Positions 48,750 through 60,251 of a stretch of DNA of 64,000 nucleotides are shown here, in pieces (position 1 is the first letter of the stretch; each line of letters opens with the position of its first letter). Origin of the DNA: Clostridia bacterium (GTDB lineage: Bacteria > Bacillota > Clostridia > UMGS1883); contig JBJDXJ010000049.1 of the NCBI GenBank assembly GCA_051866635.1, forward strand, positions 1-64,000. Reading direction: 5' to 3'. A program made the position numbers and the translations under genes. Below the pieces are notes generated by a model. The model was given only the letters and a program-made list of their open reading frames with translations, searched no databases and was not told the DNA's origin.

Positions 48750-50981
48750 ATGCTTTGTTCAAGATGTAAAAAGAATATAGCCGTAATGTTCATTTCAAGA
48801 ATGGAAAACGGAAAGGCGGTAAACGAAAGCCTTTGTATGCCCTGTGCCAAGGAGCTTGGTGTGGGCAATCTTGATAAACTCATGGGCGATATTGACCCTG
48901 AGACTATGGCAAACTTGGAAAACCAGATGATGGAGGTCGTAAATGGGGAGGAAATCCCTCTCCCCGAGGACTTGGGCGGAAGTGTTATGAGCATAATAAA
49001 TAACATTTTTTCAAACGGTGGCGGTCCAAAACAGGGCAGTAATACAAAGCCTAAGGACAATAAGAAAAAGGAAGAAAAAAGGATTATTGATTCTTTTGGC
49101 GAAAATCTTACAAAAAAGGCCAAGGCAAATAAACTTGATAAGGTTATCGGCAGAGAAGTTGAAATTGACAGAATGATTCAAATTTTAAACCGCCGCACAA
49201 AGAATAACCCTGCCTTAATCGGTGAACCGGGTGTTGGTAAAACAGCGGTGGCTGAAGGTTTGGCTGAAAGGATTGTTTCAAATCAGGTGCCTGTGAAACT
49301 TCGTGATAAGGAAGTTTATTTGTTGGACTTTACATCTATTGTGGCAGGTACACAGTACCGAGGTCAGTTTGAAGCAAGGCTTAAAAGCATTGTGGACGAG
49401 GTTAAAAAGCTGGGCAATATTATCTTGGTTATAGATGAGCTTCACAATATTGTGGGTGCAGGTGATGCAGAGGGTGCTATGAGTGCGGCTAACATATTAA
49501 AGCCTGCCCTGGCACGTGGCGATATTCAGGTTATCGGTGCAACAACCCTTGCCGAGTACCGCAAGTATATAGAAAAGGACAGTGCCTTAGAGAGAAGATT
49601 CCAGCCTATTATAATAGAAGAACCGTCAGTTGCACAAACAATTGAGATTTTAAAGGGCATACGCCCCTATTACGAAAATTACCATCAGGTGAAAATAACA
49701 GATGAGGTTATTGAAAAGGCGGCAATACTGTCAGAAAGGTATATTACAGACCGCTTTTTACCCGATAAGGCTATTGACTTGATTGATGAGGCGGGAAGTA
49801 GGGCAAACCTTAAAAATAAAGCCCTTGCCACCATATTTGAGCTTAAGAAACAGCTTGAATTAATAAGGCAGGAAAAGGACGAGGCGGCAAACGGAGATTC
49901 CATCGAAAACTACCAGAAGGCGGCAGACCTTAAGATGCAGGAATGTTCCATCATGCAGTCAATTGACAATATTACCGAAAACATGGAGGATGTTTATCTT
50001 ACTGTAGAAGATATTGCAAACGTGATTGAATTGCAGACAAAAATCCCCGTTAAGAAAATTACCGAGGAAGAAACAAAGAGGCTTCTTGAGCTTGAAGATA
50101 ATCTTCATAAAAGGATTATCGGGCAGAACGAAGCGGTCAGTGCAGTTTCAAGAACAATCCGCCGTAAGCGTGCGGCACTTTCAAAGAAAAAGCGACCCGC
50201 AAGCTTTATTTTCGTAGGTCCCACAGGTGTAGGTAAAACGGAAACTGTAAAGGCACTTGCCGCAGAGCTTTTTGAAAGCGAAGAATCATTAATCCGTGTT
50301 GATATGACAGAATACATGGAAAAACATGCCGTTTCAAGGCTTATAGGCTCCCCTCCCGGATATGTGGGCTATGACGATGCAGGTCAGCTTACGGAAAAGG
50401 TAAGAAGAAAGCCCTACAGCGTAATCCTTTTTGACGAAATCGAAAAGGCACATCCCGATGTTATGAATATACTTCTGCAAATTCTTGACGATGGCAGAGT
50501 TACAGACAGTCACGGCAAGGTAGTAAGTTTTGAAAATACTGTTATTGTAATGACAAGTAATGCAGGAAGCGGTTATTCATCCTCAGCTTTGGGCTTTGGC
50601 AAAACAGTGGGAGAAGCAAGCAAAACAAGGGCTATGGATGCTCTTAAAAAATTCCTTCGCCCCGAATTTTTAAACCGTGTGGATGAAGTTATCACCTTTG
50701 ACCCCTTAACCAAAAATGAGCTTATTAAGATTGTTGACCTTATGATTGGAGAAATTGCTTCCATGGCAAATGAACGAGGTATGACCATAAAGGTATCCGA
50801 TGAGGTTAAGGACATTCTTTGTGAAAAGGGCTTTGACCCTGCTATGGGTGCAAGACCATTAAGAAGGCTTGTAAGTAGGGAAATCGAAGATAGATTAGCT
50901 GAAATAGTTATACGTGGTGAAAGACCAAACTTGGTGGAATTTACAGCCGAAAACGGAGAAATTAAAACAAACGCACAATAG
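48750..50981 (+). CDS. Clp ATPase (ClpC/ClpE class, N-terminal Zn-finger)
   Basis: CSRC...CMPC N-terminus; two AAA+ modules ([16 protein letters not shown]); PPGYVGY. Confidence 0.93.
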   Translation: MLCSRCKKNIAVMFISRMENGKAVNESLCMPCAKELGVGNLDKLMGDIDPETMANLENQMMEVVNGEEIPLPEDLGGSVMSIINNIFSNGGGPKQGSNTKPKDNKKKEEKRIIDSFGENLTKKAKANKLDKVIGREVEIDRMIQILNRRTKNNPALIGEPGVGKTAVAEGLAERIVSNQVPVKLRDKEVYLLDFTSIVAGTQYRGQFEARLKSIVDEVKKLGNIILVIDELHNIVGAGDAEGAMSAANILKPALARGDIQVIGATTLAEYRKYIEKDSALERRFQPIIIEEPSVAQTIEILKGIRPYYENYHQVKITDEVIEKAAILSERYITDRFLPDKAIDLIDEAGSRANLKNKALATIFELKKQLELIRQEKDEAANGDSIENYQKAADLKMQECSIMQSIDNITENMEDVYLTVEDIANVIELQTKIPVKKITEEETKRLLELEDNLHKRIIGQNEAVSAVSRTIRRKRAALSKKKRPASFIFVGPTGVGKTETVKALAAELFESEESLIRVDMTEYMEKHAVSRLIGSPPGYVGYDDAGQLTEKVRRKPYSVILFDEIEKAHPDVMNILLQILDDGRVTDSHGKVVSFENTVIVMTSNAGSGYSSSALGFGKTVGEASKTRAMDALKKFLRPEFLNRVDEVITFDPLTKNELIKIVDLMIGEIASMANERGMTIKVSDEVKDILCEKGFDPAMGARPLRRLVSREIEDRLAEIVIRGERPNLVEFTAENGEIKTNAQ

Positions 50982-51011
50982 TGCGTTTGTTTTTTGGGAG
51001 ATGAGTTTTAT

Positions 51012-52748
51012 ATGTTCAAGAAATTACTTGGATGTGTACGTGAGTATAAATTGCCCACAATACTCACATTTATCTTTATCGTGGGCGAGGTGGTAATAGA
51101 ATGTCTTATCCCCTTTATTACTGCAAACTTAGTTAATTCAGTAAAGTCAGGCGTGGAAATCGAATCCCTTATAAAAACAGGGTTGCTCCTTGCTTTAATG
51201 GCGGTAATGTCCCTTTGTTGCGGTGCTATTGCAGGGGTAACCTGTTCGAAGGCATCTGCAGGCTTTGCCAAAAACCTTCGCCATGATATGTTTGAAAAGA
51301 TACAGGCATATTCCTTTTCAAACATAGACAGGTTTTCATCATCATCACTTGTCACAAGACTTACAACAGATGTGACCAATGTGCAGATGAGTTATATGAT
51401 GGTTATACGTACTGCCATCAGAAGTCCCTTAATGCTTATATTTGCAACGGTTATGGCATTTGTAATGGGCGGAAGCTTAGCTGCAACATTTATTGTGGTT
51501 ATCCCGGTTCTTGTTTTGGGCTTGTTAATAGTAAGCCGTAAAGCAATGCCTGCCTTCAGAAGGGTGTTTAAAAAGTACGACAGACTTAACGAGTCCATTG
51601 AAGAAAATGTCCGTGGTATGCGTGTTGTAAAGGGCTTTGCCCGTGAAGAATACGAAAAGGAAAAGTTCAACAAAGCCGCAGAAGATATTTGTGCCGATTT
51701 TACAAAGGCGGAAAGAATAGTAGCACTTAACCAACCCCTTATGCAGATTTGTCTTTACTTTAACATGGTGTTTATCCTTTGGGTTGGTTCACGCCTTGTA
51801 ATTACAAGTACAGGTCAAAGTATTGACGTGGGACAGATTTCTGCAATGCTTACGTACGGTATGCAGATACTTATGAGCCTTATGATGCTTGCCATGGTTT
51901 ATGTAATGCTTACCATGAGTGGCGAATCCATGAAGCGAATTTGTGAAGTTTTAGACGAAGTGCCAAACCTTACGAGCGGTGAAAAGGCTGTTAAAACTGT
52001 TAAAGACGGAAACATCGATTTTGAGGATGTTTCCTTCAAATATTCCAAAAAGGCAAAGAAAAATGCCCTTTCCTGTGTTAACTTGCATATAAAATCGGGA
52101 CAGACTGTTGGTATTATCGGAACTACCGGTTCCTCCAAATCATCCTTGGTACAGCTTATACCCCGTCTTTATGATGCCACGGAGGGCGTCGTAAAGGTTG
52201 GCGGCGTTGATGTTCGTGACTATGATTTGACCAAGCTTCGTGATTCTGTTGCCATGGTACTTCAGAAAAACTTACTGTTCTCAGGCACAATTGCCGAAAA
52301 TCTCCGTTGGGGAAATGAAAATGCCACAGATGAAGAACTTGTCAATGCTTGCAAATTAGCACAGGCACATGAATTTGTGTCCTCCTTCCCCGATGGCTAC
52401 AACACATATATCGAACAGGGAGGTTCAAATGTTTCAGGTGGACAGAAACAGCGTCTTTGTATAGCACGTGCACTGTTAAAAAAACCGAAAATCCTTATTT
52501 TGGACGACTCCACCAGTGCTGTTGACACAAAAACAGATGCACTCATAAGAAAAGGCTTTAAGGAATTTATCCCCGAAACAACAAAGATTATTATTGCTCA
52601 GAGAATTGATTCCGTGAAGGATGCAGACATGATTATCGTTATGGACAACGGCAAAATTGCATCCACAGGTACACATGATGAGCTTATTAATAGCAGTGAT
52701 ATTTATAGGGAAATCTACAATCAGCAGATAAAAGGAGGGGAGGAGTAA
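51012..52748 (+). CDS. Heterodimeric ABC exporter subunit 1 (TM287-like)
   Basis: TM domain + GTTGSSKS, VSGGQKQR and degenerate LDD. Confidence 0.92.
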   Translation: MFKKLLGCVREYKLPTILTFIFIVGEVVIECLIPFITANLVNSVKSGVEIESLIKTGLLLALMAVMSLCCGAIAGVTCSKASAGFAKNLRHDMFEKIQAYSFSNIDRFSSSSLVTRLTTDVTNVQMSYMMVIRTAIRSPLMLIFATVMAFVMGGSLAATFIVVIPVLVLGLLIVSRKAMPAFRRVFKKYDRLNESIEENVRGMRVVKGFAREEYEKEKFNKAAEDICADFTKAERIVALNQPLMQICLYFNMVFILWVGSRLVITSTGQSIDVGQISAMLTYGMQILMSLMMLAMVYVMLTMSGESMKRICEVLDEVPNLTSGEKAVKTVKDGNIDFEDVSFKYSKKAKKNALSCVNLHIKSGQTVGIIGTTGSSKSSLVQLIPRLYDATEGVVKVGGVDVRDYDLTKLRDSVAMVLQKNLLFSGTIAENLRWGNENATDEELVNACKLAQAHEFVSSFPDGYNTYIEQGGSNVSGGQKQRLCIARALLKKPKILILDDSTSAVDTKTDALIRKGFKEFIPETTKIIIAQRIDSVKDADMIIVMDNGKIASTGTHDELINSSDIYREIYNQQIKGGEE

Positions 52749-54655
52749 TGAACAAAAAATCAAAAATGGGAACCTTGGGCAAAATTTTAAAAATGCTTAT
52801 TGGCTTTTATCCCGTACTTCTTCCCCTTACGGCAGTTTGTATAATCTTTTCATCCATAACGGCGGCTATCCCTGCCATATTCCAGCAAAAGATAATAGCT
52901 GATATTGAAATATGGATGAGCACAGGTGACTGGCAAGGTGCCGCAGAGGTTATTCTGCCTAAGATATTTCTCCTTATAGGCTTTTACGTAATATCAATTA
53001 TATCCGTAACGGTGTACACACAGCTTATGGCTTATATAACCCAGGGATTTTTGAACAAAATGCGTTGTGCAATGTTCAACTGCATGCAGAATTTGCCCAT
53101 AAAATATTTTGACACTAAAAAGCACGGGGATATAATGAGCTATTACACAAACGATATCGATACCCTCCGTCAGCTTGTTTCCCAGGCAATACCAACGCTT
53201 TTGCAGGCATCGATTATTGTTGTAAGCGTTCTGTGCATTATGCTTTACTACAGCTTTTGGATGACTTTGGTAGTCCTTATAGGTGTGGTTTTCATGGTGC
53301 TTGTTTCAAAGAAAATAGGCGGCGGCAGTGCCAAGTACTTTGTACGCCAGCAGAAAGCCATCGGCAAAACAGAAGGCTTTGTTCAGGAAATGATGAACGG
53401 TCAGAGGGTTGTAAAGGTATTTAACCATGAAAAGGCATGCAAAAAGGATTTTAATGAAATAAACGATGCCCTTTTTCAGGACAGCTACCGTGCCCATGCC
53501 TTTGCCAACTGCTTAGGACCCATTATTCAGAATATCGGTAATATCCTTTATGTTATAATTGCAACTGTAGGTGGTATACTTCTTCTGTCCCATGTTCCCA
53601 ATTTAAGCATAGGTGCATTGATTTCAGGAAGCGTAGGAGTCTTGACTATTGATATTATGATTCCCTTCCTTAACATGACAAAGCAGTTTACAGGCAACGT
53701 TAACCAGGTAAGCCAGCAGATAAACTCTATCGTAATGGGTATTGCAGGTGCTGAACGTATTTTTGAACTTATGTACGGTGAAGCAGAAGCTGATGACGGA
53801 TACGTAACGCTTGTCAACTGCACTGAAGATAAAGACGGAAATGTGGTTGAAAGCAAAAAATATACAGGCAAGTGGGCTTGGAAACATCCCCACGGTGACG
53901 GTACGATTACGTATACACCCCTTAAGGGTGACATCCGTTTAACAGATGTTGACTTTAGCTACGAAGAAGGAAAGACGGTACTTAAAGGCGTAACTGTTTA
54001 CGCCGAGCCCGGTCAGAAGGTTGCATTTGTAGGTGCTACAGGTGCAGGCAAGACAACAATCACAAATCTTATTAACCGTTTCTATGATATTGAGGACGGT
54101 AAAATTCGTTACGACGGCATTAACATAAATAAGATTAAGAAATCCGATTTACGCCGTTCCTTAGGTCTTGTTTTACAGGAAACAAACCTTTTCACAGGTA
54201 CTGTTATGGACAATATCCGTTACGGCAATCTTGATGCAACAGATGAGGAATGTATTGAGGCGGCACGCCTTGCCGGGGCAGACGATTTTATTACCCGTCT
54301 GCCCGAGGGGTATAACACGTTGCTTGCAAATAACGGTTCCAACCTTTCACAAGGTCAACGACAGCTTATTGCAATTGCCCGTTGTGCCGTTGCAAATCCC
54401 CCTGCCATGATTCTTGACGAAGCCACAAGCAGTATTGATACAAGAACAGAGGCTATTGTACAACAAGGTATGGATAAACTTATGGAGGGCAGAACTGTAT
54501 TTGTTATTGCCCACAGACTGTCCACCGTTAAAAACAGCGATGTTATTATGGTTCTTGACAAAGGAGAAATTATTGAACGTGGAAGTCACGAAAAGCTTAT
54601 TGAAGAAAAGGGCACATATTACAGATTGTATACAGGTGCCTTTGAATTGGAATAA
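52748..54655 (+). CDS. Heterodimeric ABC exporter subunit 2 (TM288-like)
   Basis: GATGAGKT, LSQGQRQ and LDEATS. Confidence 0.92.
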   Translation: MNKKSKMGTLGKILKMLIGFYPVLLPLTAVCIIFSSITAAIPAIFQQKIIADIEIWMSTGDWQGAAEVILPKIFLLIGFYVISIISVTVYTQLMAYITQGFLNKMRCAMFNCMQNLPIKYFDTKKHGDIMSYYTNDIDTLRQLVSQAIPTLLQASIIVVSVLCIMLYYSFWMTLVVLIGVVFMVLVSKKIGGGSAKYFVRQQKAIGKTEGFVQEMMNGQRVVKVFNHEKACKKDFNEINDALFQDSYRAHAFANCLGPIIQNIGNILYVIIATVGGILLLSHVPNLSIGALISGSVGVLTIDIMIPFLNMTKQFTGNVNQVSQQINSIVMGIAGAERIFELMYGEAEADDGYVTLVNCTEDKDGNVVESKKYTGKWAWKHPHGDGTITYTPLKGDIRLTDVDFSYEEGKTVLKGVTVYAEPGQKVAFVGATGAGKTTITNLINRFYDIEDGKIRYDGININKIKKSDLRRSLGLVLQETNLFTGTVMDNIRYGNLDATDEECIEAARLAGADDFITRLPEGYNTLLANNGSNLSQGQRQLIAIARCAVANPPAMILDEATSSIDTRTEAIVQQGMDKLMEGRTVFVIAHRLSTVKNSDVIMVLDKGEIIERGSHEKLIEEKGTYYRLYTGAFELE

Positions 54656-54738
54656 AGAGCGTGTGAAAAAAATAACTGCCCAAAGGCAGTTATTTTTTTT
54701 GGGTTTTGCCATATAAATGAAACAAAGGAGGCAAAACT

Positions 54739-54999
54739 ATGAAAGACTATATTGAAGAACGGGCAAAAAGCCTGGCTTATTACATAATAGAAAATCAGTC
54801 TACAGTAAGGGAAACTGCAAAGAAATTCGCCCTTTCAAAATCAAGTGTACATAAAGATGTCACATATCGGTTGGAAAAAATAAATCCTTCTCTTGCACGG
54901 GAGGTAAAAAAAGTCCTTGAACACAACAAGGAGGAAAGACACATACGTGGTGGTATGGCTACAAAAAAGAAATATGAAATGATGAAAAAAGTGCGATGA
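54739..54999 (+). CDS. spoIIID: Sporulation transcription regulator SpoIIID
   Basis: MKDYIEER...TVRETAKKF..SKSSVHKD...RHIRGGMATK. Confidence 0.96.
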   Translation: MKDYIEERAKSLAYYIIENQSTVRETAKKFALSKSSVHKDVTYRLEKINPSLAREVKKVLEHNKEERHIRGGMATKKKYEMMKKVR

Positions 55000-55014
55000 C
55001 TCGCACTTTTTTCA

Positions 55015-56031
55015 TCATTTCATTGTATTAAATTCTATAGCGTGAGCAACGGAGGGAATACTTTCCCCTTGGAGCGTTATTGTGGGACTCATCAGTGCCC
55101 CTGTTGCAATAAATAAAACTCTGTGCAAATTAAGCTTTTCCATCTGGGGAAGGATATAACCGCACAGCATTGATGCACTGCAACCGCACCCCGAACCGCC
55201 TGAGTGGACATCCTGTTTTTCCTTGTCAAATATCATGCATCCGCAGTCCTCGTAATTATCACGAAGAATTATACCGTCTTCAAAAAGTAAATCCTTTGCA
55301 ATTTTTTTGCCCAAGTGACCTAAGTCCCCGGAAAATATCATATCGTAATCTGTTACTTTCGCACCCACCGATTTAATGTGCCTGGTTAAAGTGTCACAAA
55401 ATGCCGGTGCCATAGCAGGCCCCATATTGTTTGCATCTGTCATACCTATGTCAATAACCCGTCCTGCTGTGGCATGTGTTATGAAGGGCCCCTTTTCTTC
55501 TTTTCCAAGTACAACCGCACCGGAGCCTGTAACGGTCCACTGGGAGGAGGGAGGACGTTGGGCACCGTATTCCAGGGGAAAGCGAAACTGCTTTTCACTG
55601 CCGCAAAAGTGACTTGAGGTGGCGGCTATTGCACGGTTGGCACCTCCCGATATTAATATTGATGCCACAAAAAGGCTTTCCGCCATGGTTGAACAAGCGC
55701 CGTACAGACCTAAATAGGGAATTGCCAATTGTCTTGCGGCGTAGCCTGTGGCGGTGCATTGGTTAAGAAGGTCCCCGGAAACTAAAATGTCAATATCTTC
55801 GCTCTTAAACTTGCCCTTTTCCATAGCGGTGATAACCGTTTCTTTAAAAAGTGCACTTTCGGCACTTTCCCATGTTTTTTCTCCGAAATATTCATCCTTT
55901 TCAACACGGTCAAAATTCTTCCCGTATGGTCCGTCACCCTCCTTTTTGCCTACCACCGAGGCAAAAGACAAAACAGAAGGACAATTATTAAATTTATATG
56001 TGGATGCACCTATTTTTGTAAACGCTGTCAT
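55015..56031 (-). CDS. spoVAD: Stage V sporulation protein AD
   Basis: GDLLNQ, GACSTMAE, QFRFPLEYG and GGSGCGCS. Confidence 0.96.
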   Translation of the reverse strand: MTAFTKIGASTYKFNNCPSVLSFASVVGKKEGDGPYGKNFDRVEKDEYFGEKTWESAESALFKETVITAMEKGKFKSEDIDILVSGDLLNQCTATGYAARQLAIPYLGLYGACSTMAESLFVASILISGGANRAIAATSSHFCGSEKQFRFPLEYGAQRPPSSQWTVTGSGAVVLGKEEKGPFITHATAGRVIDIGMTDANNMGPAMAPAFCDTLTRHIKSVGAKVTDYDMIFSGDLGHLGKKIAKDLLFEDGIILRDNYEDCGCMIFDKEKQDVHSGGSGCGCSASMLCGYILPQMEKLNLHRVLFIATGALMSPTITLQGESIPSVAHAIEFNTMK

Positions 56032-56039
56032 AAGCCCTC

Positions 56040-56480
56040 CTACATAAGAAAAAGATAATAAATAATACCCGATACAAATGCCGAGGCAACGCCGTACACT
56101 ATAACAGGTCCTGCAATGACAAACATTTTTTCGGCAAGGCCTGTAATATAACCTTCGGTTTTGTATTCAATTGCAGGAGAAACAACGCTGTTGGCAAAGC
56201 CTGTTATGGGAACTAATGTACCGGCACCGGCAAAGCGGGCAATATCGTCAAAAACGTGAATAGCGGTCAAAAATGCCGCCAAGGCAATAAGCGTTACGGA
56301 AACTGCGGTGGAGGAAAGGGAGTCTGACAATCCTAAGGAAAGATAAAAACCTTTTAACCACTGCCCTGCCATACATATTCCGCCGCCTATGATGTATGCC
56401 TTTACGGTGTTTATTGCTGTGGATGTAGGTTCGGAACGGGATTTTACAAAATCTGCGTACTGCTTTTTTGATAATTCCAT
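56040..56480 (-). CDS. spoVAC: Stage V sporulation protein AC
   Basis: AGAGTLVPITGFANS and IAGPVIVYG. Confidence 0.95.
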   Translation of the reverse strand: MELSKKQYADFVKSRSEPTSTAINTVKAYIIGGGICMAGQWLKGFYLSLGLSDSLSSTAVSVTLIALAAFLTAIHVFDDIARFAGAGTLVPITGFANSVVSPAIEYKTEGYITGLAEKMFVIAGPVIVYGVASAFVSGIIYYLFLM

Positions 56481-56562
56481 AAATAAAATTCACCTCGGTT
56501 GTAGCTTTTCCCGAAGATGAAATTTTATGCAAAAAATAAGACTTTGGTTAAACCAAAGTCCC

Positions 56563-56786
56563 GGGCTGTCGATAAACTTATTTTTCAATCGCGAAGGGTT
56601 CGGGAAAGAAGGTTTCCCGAATAAAATAGGCAGGGTAATCCGTATTGCCCTGCCGAAAGTGGCGATTTTAGGGGGCGTAGCCCCCTTGCACGAGAAATTG
56701 CCACTTTGTTCATTAAAATTACAGACCTCAAAGTGCCCAACGACGTAGTCCGCCTTTGAGGTCCCGTGACGATATTTCGACACGCT
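56563..56786. mobile_element. MITE-like structured repeat, copy 2
   Basis: Near-identical to 29584-29813; sits 2 bp past the GH27 stop. Confidence 0.75.
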
Positions 56787-56788
56787 TG

Positions 56789-58060
56789 CTATTCGTAAAT
56801 TTTATATATCTTTACACCGTGGAAGGGAACAACAGAATAAATCCTTTCGGAAACACTTTTTGTTTTACCTGTGTAAATATCGGTAATTGTTGCTTCCTCC
56901 ATGCCGATAAGGGAAAGAGGTGTATCAACAGTCATATCTTTATCGGAAATGTTAAACTGTGCAATATACCTTGCATCGTCCTTTGTGCTTTCGGCGTACC
57001 AGATAACGGCACCTGTTTCGTCACGGTAAAGCTCACGGTTATTTGTGGAATACTTCATAAGCTCGATTAAATATTCATTTGTCATTAAACTTTCTGTCCA
57101 CTCATCGTTATATGTCATATCGCCGCCGAAGAAGAAAGGCGAACGGAAAACAGACCAAAGTGCCATAAGGGTCATCTGCTCGTCCTTTGTAAACTTTGTC
57201 ATATCACCACCGTTTCCGTCACATATACGGACTCTGCCCAAGGGAAGCATATCGCAGTCGGGCCATGCACCTTCAATACGAAGGTTCTGCCAGTTACGGC
57301 AACGGTCGAACATATCCTTTAACGCTTCCCATTTATCCCAGAAGTCGTCTGTCATACGCCACATATTGGCATGGTCACACAAATGCTCTGCACTTCTTAA
57401 AGAAGCGGCACCGGGTGAAAGGGAAAGAACAATATCTCTGCCTGTTTTGTCGATGGCGTTTCTTATCAATTCAACTTCACCTGCGTGGTAGGGACGGGCG
57501 ATGTCGTCAACTTTTACAAAGTCAATTTCCCATGATGAGTAAAGCTCAAAAAGGGAATCATAGTATTCCTGTGCACCTTCACGGGAAGGGTCAACGCCGT
57601 ACATATCGGTGTTCCAGGGACAAGTGGACTCAACACGGGCAATGTCAAGAGCTGTTCTGTCGGTGCCTTTTATGGGGGTGTTGTTCTTCACTGCCTGACG
57701 GGGGATGCCACGGAGAATATGTATACCGAACTTTAATCCCAAGGAATGAACATAGTCTGCAAGGGGTTTGAAGCCCAAATTATCCTTTGCAGAGGGGAAA
57801 CGGTTTACAGCAGGCATAAGACGGGAATACTCATCTTGAACAAGAGGAGCATAGTCATTATAAAAGTGGTTTTTCGCATTTGGTTCATACCACTGAATGT
57901 CAACTATAATATATTCCCAACCATACTGTTTAAGGTTTTTTGCCATGTATTCAGCATTTTTACGCACAACGTCTTCGGTGACAGCACTGCCGTAGCAGTC
58001 CCAGCTGTTCCAGCCCATAGGCGGTGTGGTGCAAAGCTTCTGATGATCTCTCTTTCTCAT
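56789..58060 (-). CDS. GH27 alpha-galactosidase / beta-L-arabinopyranosidase
   Basis: TPPMGWNSW, IDFVKVDD, WRMTDD and WPDCDMLP. Confidence 0.92.
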   Translation of the reverse strand: MRKRDHQKLCTTPPMGWNSWDCYGSAVTEDVVRKNAEYMAKNLKQYGWEYIIVDIQWYEPNAKNHFYNDYAPLVQDEYSRLMPAVNRFPSAKDNLGFKPLADYVHSLGLKFGIHILRGIPRQAVKNNTPIKGTDRTALDIARVESTCPWNTDMYGVDPSREGAQEYYDSLFELYSSWEIDFVKVDDIARPYHAGEVELIRNAIDKTGRDIVLSLSPGAASLRSAEHLCDHANMWRMTDDFWDKWEALKDMFDRCRNWQNLRIEGAWPDCDMLPLGRVRICDGNGGDMTKFTKDEQMTLMALWSVFRSPFFFGGDMTYNDEWTESLMTNEYLIELMKYSTNNRELYRDETGAVIWYAESTKDDARYIAQFNISDKDMTVDTPLSLIGMEEATITDIYTGKTKSVSERIYSVVPFHGVKIYKIYE

Positions 58061-58220
58061 ATAATGCCTCCTTAAGAAAAATACAACTTCTTTATATCAC
58101 GAATATATGTGAAATGTCAACATATAAAAGAACTTTATGACCTAATTGTTAAAATTAAAAAAATTGTTTACTATTTTACTGTAAAATGGTATACTCATAA
58201 GGTGAAAGGAGTGTTTAAAT

Positions 58221-58859
58221 TTGGTAGAAAAATTAAAGCATTACAGCTTAGGCGAAGAAATATTCAGCTCTGTTACTCACGGTGTAGGGGCGTTGCTTTC
58301 AATTGCTGCAACAGTTCTTGTTATTGTTAAAGCCGCAGTTCATGGAAACGCTATGGGTGTTGTGGGCGGTTCAATATATGGTGCTACAATGATTGTTCTT
58401 TATCTCATGAGCACACTTTATCACTCTATTACAAATCCCAAGGCAAAGCGTGTCTTCCGAGTTTTTGACCACTGCTCCATATTCCTTCTTATTGCAGGAA
58501 CATACACGCCCTACTGTCTTTGTACACTTTGGGGCAACGGGGGACTTGGAATATTGATTGCAATATGGTCTTGTGCCATTTTGGGGATTATTTTAAATGC
58601 AATAGCACTTGACAGGTTTAAAACAGTAAGCCTTGTCTTTTATGTGGTTATGGGAATTGCCATTTTGCTTAAATTGAAAACACTTATTACCCTTATGCCC
58701 TTGGGGGGACTTGTGTTTATGTGCATTGCAGGTGCTGTTTATATTTTAGGCATTGTGTTTTATCTTTTAAAGGTTAAATATATGCATTCTATCTGGCACT
58801 TATTTGTTTTAGGGGGAAGTATATGCTTCTTCTTCTCAATTTTGCTTTATGTTGTTTAA
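58221..58859 (+). CDS. Hemolysin III / PAQR membrane protein
   Basis: EEIFSSVTHG, STLYH, DHCSIFLLIAGTYTP and HSIWHLFV. Confidence 0.92.
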   Translation: MVEKLKHYSLGEEIFSSVTHGVGALLSIAATVLVIVKAAVHGNAMGVVGGSIYGATMIVLYLMSTLYHSITNPKAKRVFRVFDHCSIFLLIAGTYTPYCLCTLWGNGGLGILIAIWSCAILGIILNAIALDRFKTVSLVFYVVMGIAILLKLKTLITLMPLGGLVFMCIAGAVYILGIVFYLLKVKYMHSIWHLFVLGGSICFFFSILLYVV

Positions 58860-58926
58860 AGAACTTGTAAAATATCGGAAAATATGATATACTGGTAAAG
58901 ATTACAAAATGAAAGGATGAATTTTC

Positions 58927-60231
58927 TTGTTAAACGACCCGTTACCCGTCGCCTGTATGCAGTTTATACTTTTGGTCTTAGCGGCCTTTTGTACAGGCGG
59001 AAAAGCGGCAGTGAGCCGTGTTAATGATTACAAAATGGAGGAGCTCTCAAAGGAAGGCAATAAAAATGCCGCCAGAGTTATGAAAATTATGGACCATGAG
59101 GTCAAAATAATGACTCAGCTCCGTACGGCAACCATTACATTTATAAGCGTGATATGTTCTTTGGGCGTTTATTTTTATACTCCCTTGGTGGCGGAAAATT
59201 TTGAGGGCGAGATTGTCCCCCTTTTAATTGTGCTTATTGTACATATATGCATTGTCACCATTTTTGGGGAGCTTATACCCAGAAAAATATGTGCATCTGA
59301 CAGTGATGAATGTGCAATGAAGCTTTCGTGGTGGATTCTTTTATGTGCCACCATTTTCAGACCCTTTGTATTTGTGCTTAACCTTGTTGCAAAGCTTTTT
59401 GTGGCAATAGTGGGCAGTGACCCTGACGGTGAAGAAGAAAAGGTCACCGAAGACGATGTTAAAATGATGGTTGACTTAGGCAGTGAAAAAGGTACTATCG
59501 CCCCTGAAGAAAAGGAGCTTATCAGAAATATATTTGAATTCGGCGATATGTGTGCCGATGATGTTATGACTCACCGTAAGGACGTTTCTGTACTTATGAT
59601 GGACGAAAGCCCCGAGGAATGGGAAGAAACTATCCGTGAAAGCGGATGTTCACGTTTCCCTGTCTGCGGTGAAGATATAGACGACATTGTGGGCGTTGTG
59701 TATGCCCGTGAACTTTATGAGTTTTTCTACGATAAAGGTGACGACATCGGAGAGATTATTCATCAGGCATATGTGGTGCCTGAAAAAATCAGTGCGGATC
59801 TTCTTTTTGAAAATATGCAGAAGGAAAAAACGCATTTTGCCATAGTTGCCGATGAGTACGGCGGCTTTGCAGGTATCGTAACGATGGATGATTTGTTGGG
59901 CTGTATCGTGGGTGAAATCAAAGACGAAGAATATGACGAGGATGCTGAAGAAGAAAGGGAAGAAATAATCCCACTTGGTGAAAACGTCTGGGATATGGAC
60001 GGTTTGTCTTTATTGGAGGATGTTCAGGCAGTTACAAAGACAGAACTTCCCGTAGACGAATTTGACACCCTTTCGGGTCTTGTTTTAAGTTGTATCGAAT
60101 ATGTACCTGACGACGGTGCAACAATCAGGGTGGAAACATGTAATCTTGATATTCAGGTAACTCAGATTAAGGACAGGCGAATAGTCAGGGCAATTGTAAG
60201 GCGTTTGCCCGATAAAGAAAATGACGATTAA
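58927..60231 (+). CDS. HlyC/CorC (CNNM-CBS-CorC) transporter
   Basis: FGELIPRK, SRFPV, DEYGGFAGIVT and DTLSG. Confidence 0.9.
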   Translation: MLNDPLPVACMQFILLVLAAFCTGGKAAVSRVNDYKMEELSKEGNKNAARVMKIMDHEVKIMTQLRTATITFISVICSLGVYFYTPLVAENFEGEIVPLLIVLIVHICIVTIFGELIPRKICASDSDECAMKLSWWILLCATIFRPFVFVLNLVAKLFVAIVGSDPDGEEEKVTEDDVKMMVDLGSEKGTIAPEEKELIRNIFEFGDMCADDVMTHRKDVSVLMMDESPEEWEETIRESGCSRFPVCGEDIDDIVGVVYARELYEFFYDKGDDIGEIIHQAYVVPEKISADLLFENMQKEKTHFAIVADEYGGFAGIVTMDDLLGCIVGEIKDEEYDEDAEEEREEIIPLGENVWDMDGLSLLEDVQAVTKTELPVDEFDTLSGLVLSCIEYVPDDGATIRVETCNLDIQVTQIKDRRIVRAIVRRLPDKENDD

Positions 60232-60251
60232 ATAACAAGGGAGGAAATATA

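Noticed and set aside
56490-56783. ORFs 56490-56783 (-) and 56527-56748 (+)
   Set aside because: They lie within the MITE-like repeat and the frames are not preserved in the other copy, which has indels
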